NCBI GenBank assembly: GCA_043819555.1
Contig: JBDREQ010000009.1
Span: forward strand, 32,001-96,000
Direction of reading: 5' to 3'
DNA from: Candidatus Zixiibacteriota bacterium
Lineage (GTDB): Bacteria > Zixibacteria > MSB-5A5 > GN15 > JAAZOE01
Length of the DNA: 64,000 nt
Position 1 is the first letter of the stretch. Each line of letters opens with the position of its first letter. Below are positions 19,709 through 29,002 of this stretch, one piece after another. A program made the translations under genes and the position numbers. The notes beneath the pieces were generated by a model. That model ran no database searches. It saw only the letters and a list, made by a program, of their open reading frames with translations, and had not been told where the DNA came from.

Positions 19709-20635
19709 ATGATTTTGGCTGTTGGCAATCCGGTTTACGATTACATCGAAACCAAAAAAATCAAAACGGAAGGCCGCATACTTTCGGGATGTTCGACTAA
19801 TGCCGCCCTGGCATTATCAAAACTGGGACAAAAAGTGACCTTAATCGGTTCCGTTGGCGATGACTTTTCCGATAGTTTTAAATCTGAAATTGAGAAACAT
19901 GGAATAACCGCCTCGGTACACCCCTCATGTGAAACGGGCGGATTTTCGCTGATTTACTATGATGATTTCGGAAATCGGCATCTTGATCTGCTGGGTCGGG
20001 CCGACCCCATTAAAACAGTGCATGATAAATTTCTGGCAAATGCCGATGCCGTACTTATAGGACCAATATTGAAGGAAGTATCTTTCGAATTGATTCGCGA
20101 TATTCGCCATCGTTATTCAGGTTTGCTTTTTTGCGATCCTCAGGGACTGCTGCGAGGCGCGGGTGAGAATGATCGCATATATCATGAAAAACCGGATGGC
20201 ATCGAAAAAATTCTGGGTTTATTCGATATCGTCAAGCCAAATGAGCTGGAAGGAAAAGTACTAACCGGCCTTGATTGCCGCAAAGAACCATTTGAAGTTG
20301 CCCGTATAATTAAAGATTGGGGAGCGAAAATAGTTATAGTCACATTGGCAGAATTAGGCTCAGTTATTTACGATGGCAATGAATTTATTGAAATCCCTCC
20401 CTATCCGGTTGATTTATTGGATTCCACCGGAGCGGGCGACACTTATATGGCCGGATTTACTTATTCGTATTTAAAAGGGGAATCATTGGGGGAATGCGGC
20501 GCTTTCGCTTCCTGCGTAAGTTCAATAATGATCGAGCAGGTCGGGCCGGATTTCATGCTAAATGAATCGGAAGTTCGCCGGAGACAGAATACGTTATTGA
20601 AAAACAAGGATTTTAAGATACGATTGACGCAATAA
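19709..20635 (+). CDS. PfkB/ribokinase-family carbohydrate kinase
   Basis: DPQG, KPNELE, DSTGAGDTYMAGF; starts 1 nt after the upstream stop. Confidence 0.92.
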   Translation: MILAVGNPVYDYIETKKIKTEGRILSGCSTNAALALSKLGQKVTLIGSVGDDFSDSFKSEIEKHGITASVHPSCETGGFSLIYYDDFGNRHLDLLGRADPIKTVHDKFLANADAVLIGPILKEVSFELIRDIRHRYSGLLFCDPQGLLRGAGENDRIYHEKPDGIEKILGLFDIVKPNELEGKVLTGLDCRKEPFEVARIIKDWGAKIVIVTLAELGSVIYDGNEFIEIPPYPVDLLDSTGAGDTYMAGFTYSYLKGESLGECGAFASCVSSIMIEQVGPDFMLNESEVRRRQNTLLKNKDFKIRLTQ

Positions 20636-20708
20636 GAAATATTTGCCCGACTCCTGCGCCTGGGGTCGGTTACTTAATTATAACCTTTAAGATAAGGAGC
20701 ATCTTTCA

Positions 20709-21287
20709 ATGAAAATTATGATACAAATTGACGGCGCTTATTTGGAGAGAATGCTGTCAGAAGAGCATAGTTCACCAGCTATTGATTATTCAAAACTGGC
20801 TACAAAACTGGTTAATACTGTGATTACCGATTCCGAAGCGGATCTCTATTTATTACGGACTTATTATTACCATGCTTTGCCGTGGATAGGCAAATCACCT
20901 CAGGATCAGGAAGCTGAAATGCATAAGAAGAAGATGGGGTTTTTTACGCGGCTGGAACACCTTCCCCGCTTTGACGTCTATCTTGGGAGAACTCAGCGAA
21001 TATTGAACGATGATGGAACATATACGTTTCAACAAAAAGGAATTGATGTTTTAATGGCCACTCATATGATGGAAATGGCCGCTCGCGGAATCATCTCTCA
21101 TTTAATTCTCCTCGCTCCAGACGGCGATTATGTTCCTGCCATTCGGGCCGTTAAAACAATGGGAGTGGTAACACATCTGGCTCACGGCCAGAGACCGCAG
21201 GCTTCATCTGAACTTATAAAAACTGTCGATGAGCGAATTGAATTGACTACCGATTTTTTAGTCGATTGTATGCGCAACGTTTATTGA
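20709..21287 (+). CDS. NYN (LabA/DUF88, PIN-like) domain protein
   Basis: IDGAY, QQKGIDVLM, DGDYVPAI acidic motifs; RBS AAGGAG. Confidence 0.88.
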   Translation: MKIMIQIDGAYLERMLSEEHSSPAIDYSKLATKLVNTVITDSEADLYLLRTYYYHALPWIGKSPQDQEAEMHKKKMGFFTRLEHLPRFDVYLGRTQRILNDDGTYTFQQKGIDVLMATHMMEMAARGIISHLILLAPDGDYVPAIRAVKTMGVVTHLAHGQRPQASSELIKTVDERIELTTDFLVDCMRNVY

Positions 21288-21306
21288 CGGAGGAGGTAAT
21301 AAAGCA

Positions 21307-21822
21307 ATGAAAACACTATCTTTAATCGGTGGAGCCGCAATATTGCTGCTTCTTTTAACAACGGGGTGTTCTATGAATCAGACAGCAAAAGACGGCGATA
21401 CGGTAAAAGTTCATTATGTTGGAACTCTTGACGATGGCAGCGAATTCGATTCCTCTCGCGGGCGCGAACCTCTTGAGTTTACTATCGGAAGACCGGGAAT
21501 TATTGAGGGGTTTTCAAATGGTGTTTTGGGAATGGCCGTTGGCGAAACGAAGAAAGTATCATTATCTCCGGAAGAAGCTTATGGGCAGCCACGACCGGAT
21601 ATGATTCAGGAAGTTCCGCTATCGTCATTTCCAGAGAGTATTAAGCCCGAAGTAGGCGTGCAACTGTCCATGCAAAACAGCTCCGGCCAGCCTTTTCCGG
21701 TTAAGATTACGGCGATGACAGATTCCACGGCAACACTTGATGCCAATCACCCTCTGGCAGGGAAAACTTTGACATTTGAGCTGGAATTGGTTGAAATCGT
21801 CGCAGATACAACTGGAGCATAA
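21307..21822 (+). CDS. FKBP-type peptidyl-prolyl isomerase (SlyD-like), probable lipoprotein
   Basis: Lipobox-like TTGC; VKVHYVGTLDDGSEFDSS, PEEAYG, DANHPLAGKTL. Confidence 0.92.
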   Translation: MKTLSLIGGAAILLLLLTTGCSMNQTAKDGDTVKVHYVGTLDDGSEFDSSRGREPLEFTIGRPGIIEGFSNGVLGMAVGETKKVSLSPEEAYGQPRPDMIQEVPLSSFPESIKPEVGVQLSMQNSSGQPFPVKITAMTDSTATLDANHPLAGKTLTFELELVEIVADTTGA

Positions 21823-21836
21823 AATATAATTCAACG

Positions 21837-21868
21837 GGCGGAGCGTAAAAAAACAATCCGCCTTTTTT
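21837..21868 (+). terminator. Intrinsic terminator
   Basis: GGCGGA...TCCGCC followed by T6. Confidence 0.6.
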
Positions 21869-21894
21869 ATATCCTATCATTGCCATGCGCACTC

Positions 21895-21923
21895 TTGACG
21901 ACGGCGCAAAAAGTACCTATACT
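21895..21923 (+). promoter_or_regulatory. Sigma70-type promoter of pruA
   Basis: TTGACG-17 nt-TATACT; supports a start at 21967 rather than 21880. Confidence 0.7.
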
Positions 21924-21966
21924 CAGCAAAATCAGTTTTAATTGCAAAATAATTCTGGAGGATAAA

Positions 21967-23592
21967 ATGGGTATTTACAAAATTCCGACGCCGAAGAATG
22001 AGCCGGTTAAATCTTATGCCCCCGGAACACCGGAGCGGGCGGATTTGAAAAAAGCCCTGGCCGATCTGAAAGCTCGCAAACTGGAAGTCCCGATGATTAT
22101 CGGCGGCAAAGAAATCAAAACCAGCAAAACGGTTAAAATGGTTTGCCCTCATAATCATGGATTTGAGTTGGGCCATTATTATAGGGGCGGAGCCAAGGAG
22201 ATTCAAATGGCTATCGATTCCGCTCTGTCGGCAAAACAGGATTGGGAGCAGATGCCTCTTGAACAACGCGCCGCGATTTTCCTGAAAGCCGCCGATCTTT
22301 TGGCCGGACCTTATCGGGCAATGGTCAATGCCGCCACGATGCTGGCACATAGCAAAAATATTTACCAGGCCGAAATTGATGCCGTTTGTGAACTGGCCGA
22401 TTTTTTCCGCTTTAACGCCTATTACATGCAGGAAATTTATAAAATGCAGCCCGGGTCGGCCAATACGATCTGGAACTATATTGATTACCGCCCCTTGGAA
22501 GGATTCGTCTTTGCCGTAACCCCGTTTAATTTTGTTTCTATTGCCGGCAATTTGCCCACGGCGCCAGCCATTATGGGCAACGTCTGCCTCTGGAAACCGG
22601 CGTCGAGCGTTGTTTATACCGCTCACTTTATCATGAAAATACTGAAAGAAGCCGGGCTGCCCGATGGCGTCATTAATTTGATAACTGCCCGCGGCGCGGA
22701 TGTCGGTGAAATAATGTTGAAGAATGAACATCTCGCCGGAATTCACTTTACCGGCTCGACTGCGGTCTTTCAAAGCATGTGGAAAACGGTTGGTGAGAAT
22801 ATCGATTCCTACAGGAGTTATCCGAGAATAGTCGGCGAAACGGGCGGGAAGGATTTTGTTTTTGTCCATAATTCATCTTCACCGATAGAGGTTGCGACGG
22901 CGCTTTTGCGGGGAGCTTTTGAATATCAAGGACAAAAATGCTCGGCGGCATCCCGTTCGTATATACCCGCCTCATTATGGGATGATATCAAGAATTTGCT
23001 CCTCAAACAGGTTGGCGAATTGAAAATGGGCGATCCGGAAGATTTTACAAACTTTGTTAACGCCGTCATTGACAAGAGCGCGTTTGATGATATCACCTCT
23101 TTTATCGATTATGCCAAAGACTCAAAAGACTGCGAAATTATCATAGGTGGCAAGTATGACGATTCTAAGGGGTATTTTATTGAGCCGACAATTGTCGTCA
23201 CAACTGACCCTCATTTCAAATTAATGGAAGAAGAAATATTTGGTCCGGTTTTGACCATTTTCGTTTATCAGGATAATGATTTTGAAAAGACGCTTCATCT
23301 ATGCAATACAACGTCACCATACGCATTAACCGGAGCAATCTTCGCGCGTGATCGTTCCGCTGTGGTCACGGCTAACAGGGTTTTGCGACATGCCGCCGGT
23401 AACTATTATATCAATGACAAACCGACCGGAGCAGTCGTGGGTCAGCAGCCGTTTGGCGGCGCGCGGGCTTCAGGTACTAATGATAAGGCAGGCTCGATTC
23501 TAAATATGATTCGATGGACTTCGCCGCGGACAATTAAGGAAGCGCTTGTTCCTCCGACTGATTATCGATATCCCTTTATGGAAGCTGATTGA
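21967..23592 (+). CDS. pruA: L-glutamate gamma-semialdehyde (P5C) dehydrogenase
   Basis: NEPVKSYAPG, FTGST, GETGGKDF, EYQGQKCSA, EEIFGP, NDKPTGAVVGQQPFGG; RBS GGAGG. Confidence 0.96.
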   Translation: MGIYKIPTPKNEPVKSYAPGTPERADLKKALADLKARKLEVPMIIGGKEIKTSKTVKMVCPHNHGFELGHYYRGGAKEIQMAIDSALSAKQDWEQMPLEQRAAIFLKAADLLAGPYRAMVNAATMLAHSKNIYQAEIDAVCELADFFRFNAYYMQEIYKMQPGSANTIWNYIDYRPLEGFVFAVTPFNFVSIAGNLPTAPAIMGNVCLWKPASSVVYTAHFIMKILKEAGLPDGVINLITARGADVGEIMLKNEHLAGIHFTGSTAVFQSMWKTVGENIDSYRSYPRIVGETGGKDFVFVHNSSSPIEVATALLRGAFEYQGQKCSAASRSYIPASLWDDIKNLLLKQVGELKMGDPEDFTNFVNAVIDKSAFDDITSFIDYAKDSKDCEIIIGGKYDDSKGYFIEPTIVVTTDPHFKLMEEEIFGPVLTIFVYQDNDFEKTLHLCNTTSPYALTGAIFARDRSAVVTANRVLRHAAGNYYINDKPTGAVVGQQPFGGARASGTNDKAGSILNMIRWTSPRTIKEALVPPTDYRYPFMEAD

Positions 23593-23609
23593 AAATACTT
23601 ATTTTGGCC

Positions 23610-23640
23610 AAAACCCGGATTTAGAAATTTATCCGGGTTT
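23610..23640 (+). terminator. Hairpin after pruA, probable terminator
   Basis: AAACCCGGAT...ATCCGGGTTT. Confidence 0.55.
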
Positions 23641-23863
23641 ATTGGGCTTTGGCCTCATCGAAATATGGATAAAATCACCCCTTACAATAATCAAACACTC
23701 TATGAAAAAAATGATTTAAGTTGCATTTTTTTATTGCGCATTGTTTAAAAAAAAACGCTTATTCAAGTATGGAGGACACGGTTTCACGAGTTGTACGATT
23801 ATGGAGCGAATGAAAATTGATATAAAACCTAACCAATAAAGGAATGTTAAAAGGAGTGTTCAC

Positions 23864-24307
23864 ATGCCAGTTAAAAAATCAACAAAGAAGCCGGCGGCCA
23901 AAAAGCCCGCCAAGAAAACCGTCAAGAAAACTGCACCAAAGAAGAAAACCGCTAAGAAACCTGCCGCCAAGAAAACAGTAGCCAAGAAGAAACCGGCGGC
24001 AAAAAAGAAAGCCGCACCTAAGAAAAAAGCGGCTCCAAAGAAAAAAGCCACCAAGCGTAAACCAAACGCGGCTTTTATGAAACCAGTGACGCCGTCGGCC
24101 GCGTTGGCTGAGGTTGTGGGGAGCAAAGCAATTCCTCGCACCGAAGTCACCAAGAAACTTTGGGCTTATATCAAAAAGAATAATCTTCAGGATCCGAAAA
24201 ACAAACGGGATATCATTGCCGATGCCAAGCTGAAAGGTGTCTTTGGAGGTAAAAGCAAAGTCAATATGTTTGAGATGACCAAACTGGTCAGTAAGCATCT
24301 CAAATAA
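23864..24307 (+). CDS. SWIB/MDM2-domain protein with a histone H1-like Lys/Ala/Pro N-terminus
   Basis: KKPAAKK-type repeats followed by PRTEVTKKLWAYIKKNNLQD...MFEMTKLVSKHL; RBS AAGGAG. Confidence 0.92.
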   Translation: MPVKKSTKKPAAKKPAKKTVKKTAPKKKTAKKPAAKKTVAKKKPAAKKKAAPKKKAAPKKKATKRKPNAAFMKPVTPSAALAEVVGSKAIPRTEVTKKLWAYIKKNNLQDPKNKRDIIADAKLKGVFGGKSKVNMFEMTKLVSKHLK

Positions 24308-24343
24308 AGAATATTCTCTCTAATTGACAACCGGGACATAGTA

Positions 24344-24383
24344 GCGGACGGCTGATATGGAATGTCAGCCGTCCGTTTTTTTT
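24344..24383 (+). terminator. Intrinsic terminator
   Basis: GCGGACGGCTGA...TCAGCCGTCCGT followed by a T-run. Confidence 0.85.
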
Positions 24384-24391
24384 AGTTGTAT

Positions 24392-25780
24392 TTACCTGTA
24401 TGGTTTATGTTCGCGGGAATAATATTCTTTGGTCATCCTGGCCGTTACACCGGAGAGTGCGATCAGGGCAATTAAATTGGGAATCGCCATAACACCCAGG
24501 GCAACATCACCGAAAGTCCAGATTTCTTCGAGACCGCTAACGGCCCCTACGAAGATCATTATGCAATAAAGGTAGCGATATGGCATGACCACTTTATCGC
24601 CCAAAAGATACTGTATTGAACGGTCGCCATAATATGACCAGGAGATCATAGTAGATGAAGCAAACAGCAAAACCGCGGCGGTTACTACATAGCCTCCATA
24701 TCCCCCCATAAATGTCAATCCTTGTTCGAAGGCATAAGCGGTCATGGGCGACCCGTTAAGCGCTTCGCCGTTCACTACCATTGTCCAGGCATCGGTTACC
24801 AATATGCACAGGCCGGTGAGAGTGCAAATCGTAAGAGTATCGATATAAGGTCCCATCATGGCGACCGTACCTTCGCGAACCGGTTCATCGGTTTTTGCGG
24901 CGGCATGCGCGATTGGCGCTGAACCCTGACCGGCTTCGTTGGAAAACAAGCCTCGTTTGATACCCCAAACTAAGGTATACAAAAATGTTGAGCCGGCAAA
25001 TCCTCCGATTGCGCCGGGCGGAGAAAAGGCGCCTTCAATAATTTGGGTGAAGGCCCCGGGAATTTTATCAAGATGCAATAAAATGATAGCCATTGAGCCG
25101 ACAATATAAATCACTGTCATAGTCGGAGCGAGGACTGACGCAACGCGACCGATTCGCTTAATCCCGCCGATAATCACAGCGCCTACCAGTACGGCGATGA
25201 CTATACCAGTCAGCCACACCGGAATTCCAAAATCAGATTTAAATTGATCGGCCAACGTAAAAGCCTGGATCCCGTTTCCCGTTCCCAGCGCACAGACCGA
25301 TGCGGCTCCGGCAAAAATAATTGCCAGCCATTTCCAGCCAAGCGCCTGTTCGATATAATACATCGGTCCCCCGGATGCCGAGCCGTCAGGATTAATTTTG
25401 CGGTATTTCATCGACAATGTGCATTCAGCGTATTTTAGCGACGTTCCGAGAATTCCGGTCAACCACATCCAGAATAACGCGCCCGGTCCGCCATAGTGGA
25501 TGGCGGTTGCGACACCGGCAATATTTCCAATTCCAATGGTGGCCGATAAGGCCGCCGAGAGAGCCTGGAAATGAGATATATCTCCGGCGTGTTTGGGATC
25601 GTCGTATTTTCCCCGGGTGATATCGATGGCGTGTTTAATCTGGCGCAGCTGAATCCAGCCCATTCTAAATGAAATGAAAAATCCGGTGCCGAGGAGCAGG
25701 GCAATCATGGCCGGGAAGAATTTTGGGAAATCCCAGACATAAGAATAAAGGTCATTGAAAAATTCCCATAAAAAATTCAT
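24392..25780 (-). CDS. Na+/alanine (glycine) symporter, AGCS family
   Basis: ATIGIGNIAGVATA, GGPGALFWMW, GGPMYY, RGLFSNEAGQGSAPIAHA. Confidence 0.95.
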   Translation of the reverse strand: MNFLWEFFNDLYSYVWDFPKFFPAMIALLLGTGFFISFRMGWIQLRQIKHAIDITRGKYDDPKHAGDISHFQALSAALSATIGIGNIAGVATAIHYGGPGALFWMWLTGILGTSLKYAECTLSMKYRKINPDGSASGGPMYYIEQALGWKWLAIIFAGAASVCALGTGNGIQAFTLADQFKSDFGIPVWLTGIVIAVLVGAVIIGGIKRIGRVASVLAPTMTVIYIVGSMAIILLHLDKIPGAFTQIIEGAFSPPGAIGGFAGSTFLYTLVWGIKRGLFSNEAGQGSAPIAHAAAKTDEPVREGTVAMMGPYIDTLTICTLTGLCILVTDAWTMVVNGEALNGSPMTAYAFEQGLTFMGGYGGYVVTAAVLLFASSTMISWSYYGDRSIQYLLGDKVVMPYRYLYCIMIFVGAVSGLEEIWTFGDVALGVMAIPNLIALIALSGVTARMTKEYYSREHKPYR

Positions 25781-25958
25781 GCGCCCTCCAGAAATATAAA
25801 TATGCGATTATTTTTTTGCGGTTTTGTGTGGTTTGGAGATTTTAGCATTTCTCAAAGTACAAAATTGCCTACCGTCTGGGCAAGTGAAAATTGAATCGAT
25901 TTTGGAGGAGAATTTTCTTTTGTGGTTGGCAAGCGTTCTCGTTCGACAATAAAAATAT

Positions 25959-25993
25959 TGTCATTGCGAGGAGCGAAGCGACGCGGCAATCTC
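25959..25993 (+). repeat. TGTCATT-type palindromic repeat (REP/RPE-like)
   Basis: TGTCATTGCGAGGAGCGAAGCGACGCGGCAATCTC; shares its TGTCATT start and GAGCGAAGC loop with the 38659 element. Confidence 0.7.
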
Positions 25994-26006
25994 TGGCTTG
26001 TTGTGC

Positions 26007-26030
26007 CGCGCAGGTGTCCACACCTGCGCG
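26007..26030. repeat. Perfect 11-bp-stem palindrome
   Basis: CGCGCAGGTGT-CC-ACACCTGCGCG. Confidence 0.8.
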
Positions 26031-26032
26031 AG

Positions 26033-26089
26033 AAAATGGGTTTGTTTTTGCATATAAACATTTTTGGCACTATCAACTCGGTGGTGATT
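26033..26089. repeat. 57-nt dispersed repeat, copy 1
   Basis: 45/57 ungapped identity with 47144-47200. Confidence 0.8.
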
Positions 26090-26564
26090 ACGAAAGGCCG
26101 GGGGAGGGCGCATTGTAAATATGTTGATTTTACCATCATTTCAAATCCTCTTTATGGTTATTTCTATAGAAAAGCAGGCAATTCGTAATTAAGGGTGGTT
26201 TAGGCTCAAAAATGAGTGGGATTTAATTTAATTGCCATAAAAAGATAATCGAGCTATTATTAACATGACCGGTGGCCCGTCTCAAAAAAATAAGCGAAGC
26301 GTTTTTTTGAGGTGGGTTCCCGCTTAAGAGCCTTAACAATTTCCCATCAATGCTACCTCTATTTCCGAATCCATCGTATTATTGAAGGCAAGTAGTAATA
26401 ATTAAAAGTCGGGAGTAGTAAAAGTGTAAAAAACAAAAAACGACAAAGCAAAGCCATTTTGCTGTATCTGACAGAAACGCATAAAACTAAAAGAAATTCT
26501 TGGATTCTAAATGTTGATAACTTTTGAAAAGGATTACAAAATCGAAATTAAGTTTGTAGTAAAA

Positions 26565-27512
26565 TCAGAAATTCATACCCGCGGAGATGCGGAAGGTTTC
26601 ATCGAAATCGCTGTGATGCAGATAAGCCAGATCAATTATATATTTATCAATGACAGCGCCCAGTCCGGCGGTTAGATTAGATTGGTCGTAGCCTATTCTT
26701 CCGAACGCGATATCTTTGTAGCCCAGTTGCAGACCGAATTGAAAATCAGCCGAAATTTCATTTTGCCACAACTCGGCGTTTTGCTTGCGTCCTTCAAATC
26801 TGAGGATTGCTTGTCCGGTTAAAAGAGCTGTCATATTTTGACGGGCAAGTCGAATCGACATGCCCGGTTTGACCGCGGGAAAAATCGTTTCGGTATTATC
26901 ATTGGAATAAGCCAGAAATGTTGAAGTCAAATCGGTGACAACCAGCGCTGTGGTTATGATGGTATCGACCTGATATATAATACCGGCATCGATACCGAGG
27001 CCATACGCAGTTTCGACAGCGATATCGCGGTAGATTATTTTGGCGGTTATGCCATACGATATATTATCCCGGTATTTTCCGGCCAGTGATCCGCCCAGCA
27101 TTATATCGAAATGATTTTCCTCGCGAATAACAACCGGATACTGGCTCTGGGCATCGAATGCTGTAATTTTAATCCCGCCGCCGCCAAGATAGTACAAATA
27201 ACCGCCATAGCTGTTCAGCCCTTGTGATTTTCCGGAATTGGAGGAAAATCCGATGAAATCATGATTCAATAGCGAACCGAATGTTTCCGAGTGCATAGTA
27301 ATTATCTGGCGTCCGGAAGTGTAGGCCAGACCGGCCGGATTCCAGTACCCGGATGTCGCGTTGAATGGACCGGCTATCACAGCTCCGCCCATACCAAGAG
27401 GCCCGGCGCCGACACCCAATGAAAACGGCTCACCGGCATACTTGGTGGCGTATGCAGGATTTGCCAAAAAAATAATCAACGATATGCTGAGAAAACATCT
27501 TATAAATTTCAT
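26565..27512 (-). CDS. PorV/PorQ-family outer-membrane protein
   Basis: Signal peptide; KYAGEPFSLGVGAGPLGMGGA, YWNPAGL; C-terminal beta-barrel-type ending ISAGMNF. Confidence 0.8.
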   Translation of the reverse strand: MKFIRCFLSISLIIFLANPAYATKYAGEPFSLGVGAGPLGMGGAVIAGPFNATSGYWNPAGLAYTSGRQIITMHSETFGSLLNHDFIGFSSNSGKSQGLNSYGGYLYYLGGGGIKITAFDAQSQYPVVIREENHFDIMLGGSLAGKYRDNISYGITAKIIYRDIAVETAYGLGIDAGIIYQVDTIITTALVVTDLTSTFLAYSNDNTETIFPAVKPGMSIRLARQNMTALLTGQAILRFEGRKQNAELWQNEISADFQFGLQLGYKDIAFGRIGYDQSNLTAGLGAVIDKYIIDLAYLHHSDFDETFRISAGMNF

Positions 27513-27551
27513 GGCGCCAATATAGTCCAAAATATCCGAAATGGGCAATAG

Positions 27552-27586
27552 AAAAAGCGGAGAAACTTACCCAAGCTCCTCCGCCT
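27552..27586 (-). terminator. Intrinsic terminator of the HMA gene
   Basis: Minus strand GCGGAG...CTCCGC followed by T5. Confidence 0.65.
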
Positions 27587-27610
27587 TAATTTTTCAAGTC
27601 AGAAATAAAC

Positions 27611-28078
27611 TTATTTCTTACCCTTGGCCATACCACAGCCCTTGCTATCTTTGCACTTGGCCGGATCGCAACCCTCGTGAGCCGCCTTTTCACCGGTGAC
27701 TTTTCCGTCGGACAATTTAGCCGGGTAACCAGCTTTGGTAACAACCGCTGATAACATTGAAGGCTCCACTTTTGAATCTTTTTTAAAACATACAGTGGCG
27801 GTACCTTTTTCAAGACTAACATCCACTTTGTCAACGCCTTCAACCGCAGTCAGAGTTTTAGTAATCGTACTGACGCAACCGCCGCAAGTCATATTCGATA
27901 CGGTTAAAATTACTACTTCACAATCTTCGCCCGGAACGCAGGTGGTCTTGGTTCCATCGCTGTTAACTTTGGTCAACGTGGCCTTGGCGGAAGGACATCC
28001 CTCGCCGGCAATCGCTAAGCTGCCAAACGCAAAGAGGGCGACCAAAATCATACACACTGAAAATACACGCATTTTCAC
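27611..28078 (-). CDS. Secreted heavy-metal-associated (HMA, MerP/CopZ-like) protein
   Basis: Signal peptide; MTCGGC; additional Cys-rich flanks; RBS GGAGG. Confidence 0.88.
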   Translation of the reverse strand: MKMRVFSVCMILVALFAFGSLAIAGEGCPSAKATLTKVNSDGTKTTCVPGEDCEVVILTVSNMTCGGCVSTITKTLTAVEGVDKVDVSLEKGTATVCFKKDSKVEPSMLSAVVTKAGYPAKLSDGKVTGEKAAHEGCDPAKCKDSKGCGMAKGKK

Positions 28079-28295
28079 TCAAGCCTCCTAAAATGGTTTA
28101 ATATACAGACAATATAAAGCTTTTCTCTTCTGGGTCAAGTCAATATATAACAACACTTGTCTTCAATTGTCTTATTGATACCTTTAACTCCTCAAATTAC
28201 CTTTTGTTCCTAATTCGTAATCTTTTTTGAATACTTAAGCGTCCATTATTGGGATATTGTTGCTAAATACCTCAAAAAGTTTAAATTGCAAATTA

Positions 28296-28964
28296 ATGAA
28301 ATTCCGAGAATTATTTGAAAAATATATTTTGTCTTTTTTCAGGCCAATGAATGTCAATGAAGAAATTGCAGGGCTAAATCCTGAGATAAATATCAGCCAA
28401 TTGCCCGGCCCATTTTCCTATTCTGTTGCATTGGGCAGATATACAGTCGAAAAATTCCATGAGAAAACTGATATGGGGCTCTTGATTCATATGATGAAAT
28501 ATCGCCAAAATACGGAGGCGGCCCGAAAACTTACCAAAATTTTAATTGATTTTATCCGGGAATATCCCTTTCCCCAAAATCCGAATTTGGTAATTACAAT
28601 TCCCGATACCATGACCAACCGTCAAAATAGTCCGGTAAAATATTTGGCAGAGGCAATTGGCAAGGAATTTAATTGGCTGGTTCGTCATGATATTTTTTCA
28701 AATATTAAGGTCGGCCTGCCCCAAAAAACACGAACCTTTGACGAACGAATAGAAGACATTCATAAGAGGTACCGCCTTAATTGTCCACAGTTAGTTCAGG
28801 GGAAACATATACTTCTCTTCGATGATATTTTCGCGACGGGACAAAGCATGATCGAGGCCGCCCAGCATATCTGGGATCATCACCCTCATACGGTCATGGC
28901 AATGACTCTGGTAAAACTGGGATCAAAATTTAAAATCTATGGCGATGAATCTGAGCATAACTAA
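28296..28964 (+). CDS. ComF-like phosphoribosyltransferase
   Basis: PRPP-binding LLFDDIFATGQS; MKY and PQK motifs; start uncertain (28257, 28296 or 28347). Confidence 0.75.
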   Translation: MKFRELFEKYILSFFRPMNVNEEIAGLNPEINISQLPGPFSYSVALGRYTVEKFHEKTDMGLLIHMMKYRQNTEAARKLTKILIDFIREYPFPQNPNLVITIPDTMTNRQNSPVKYLAEAIGKEFNWLVRHDIFSNIKVGLPQKTRTFDERIEDIHKRYRLNCPQLVQGKHILLFDDIFATGQSMIEAAQHIWDHHPHTVMAMTLVKLGSKFKIYGDESEHN

Positions 28965-28967
28965 GGC

Positions 28968-28996
28968 TTGAAAAGCAATCCTTAATCAAGTAGATT
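28968..28996 (+). promoter_or_regulatory. Promoter positioned for a leaderless transcript
   Basis: TTGAAA-17 nt-TAGATT with ATG 6 nt downstream. Confidence 0.55.
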
Positions 28997-29002
28997 GGCG
29001 GG

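Noticed and set aside
21877..22869. 330-aa minus-strand ORF
   Set aside because: Antisense shadow of pruA; no motifs
23860..24298. Phe/Leu-rich minus-strand ORFs resembling membrane proteins
   Set aside because: Reverse complement of the Lys/Ala repeats in the SWIB gene
25781..26000. Glycine riboswitch expected upstream of the AGCS symporter
   Set aside because: I could not find the GGAGA...CCGAAG...CTCTCAGG core on the minus strand; cmscan would settle it
25852..26188. Three overlapping short ORFs
   Set aside because: Translations of palindromic repeats (e.g. VIARSEATRQS); no RBS or protein-like features
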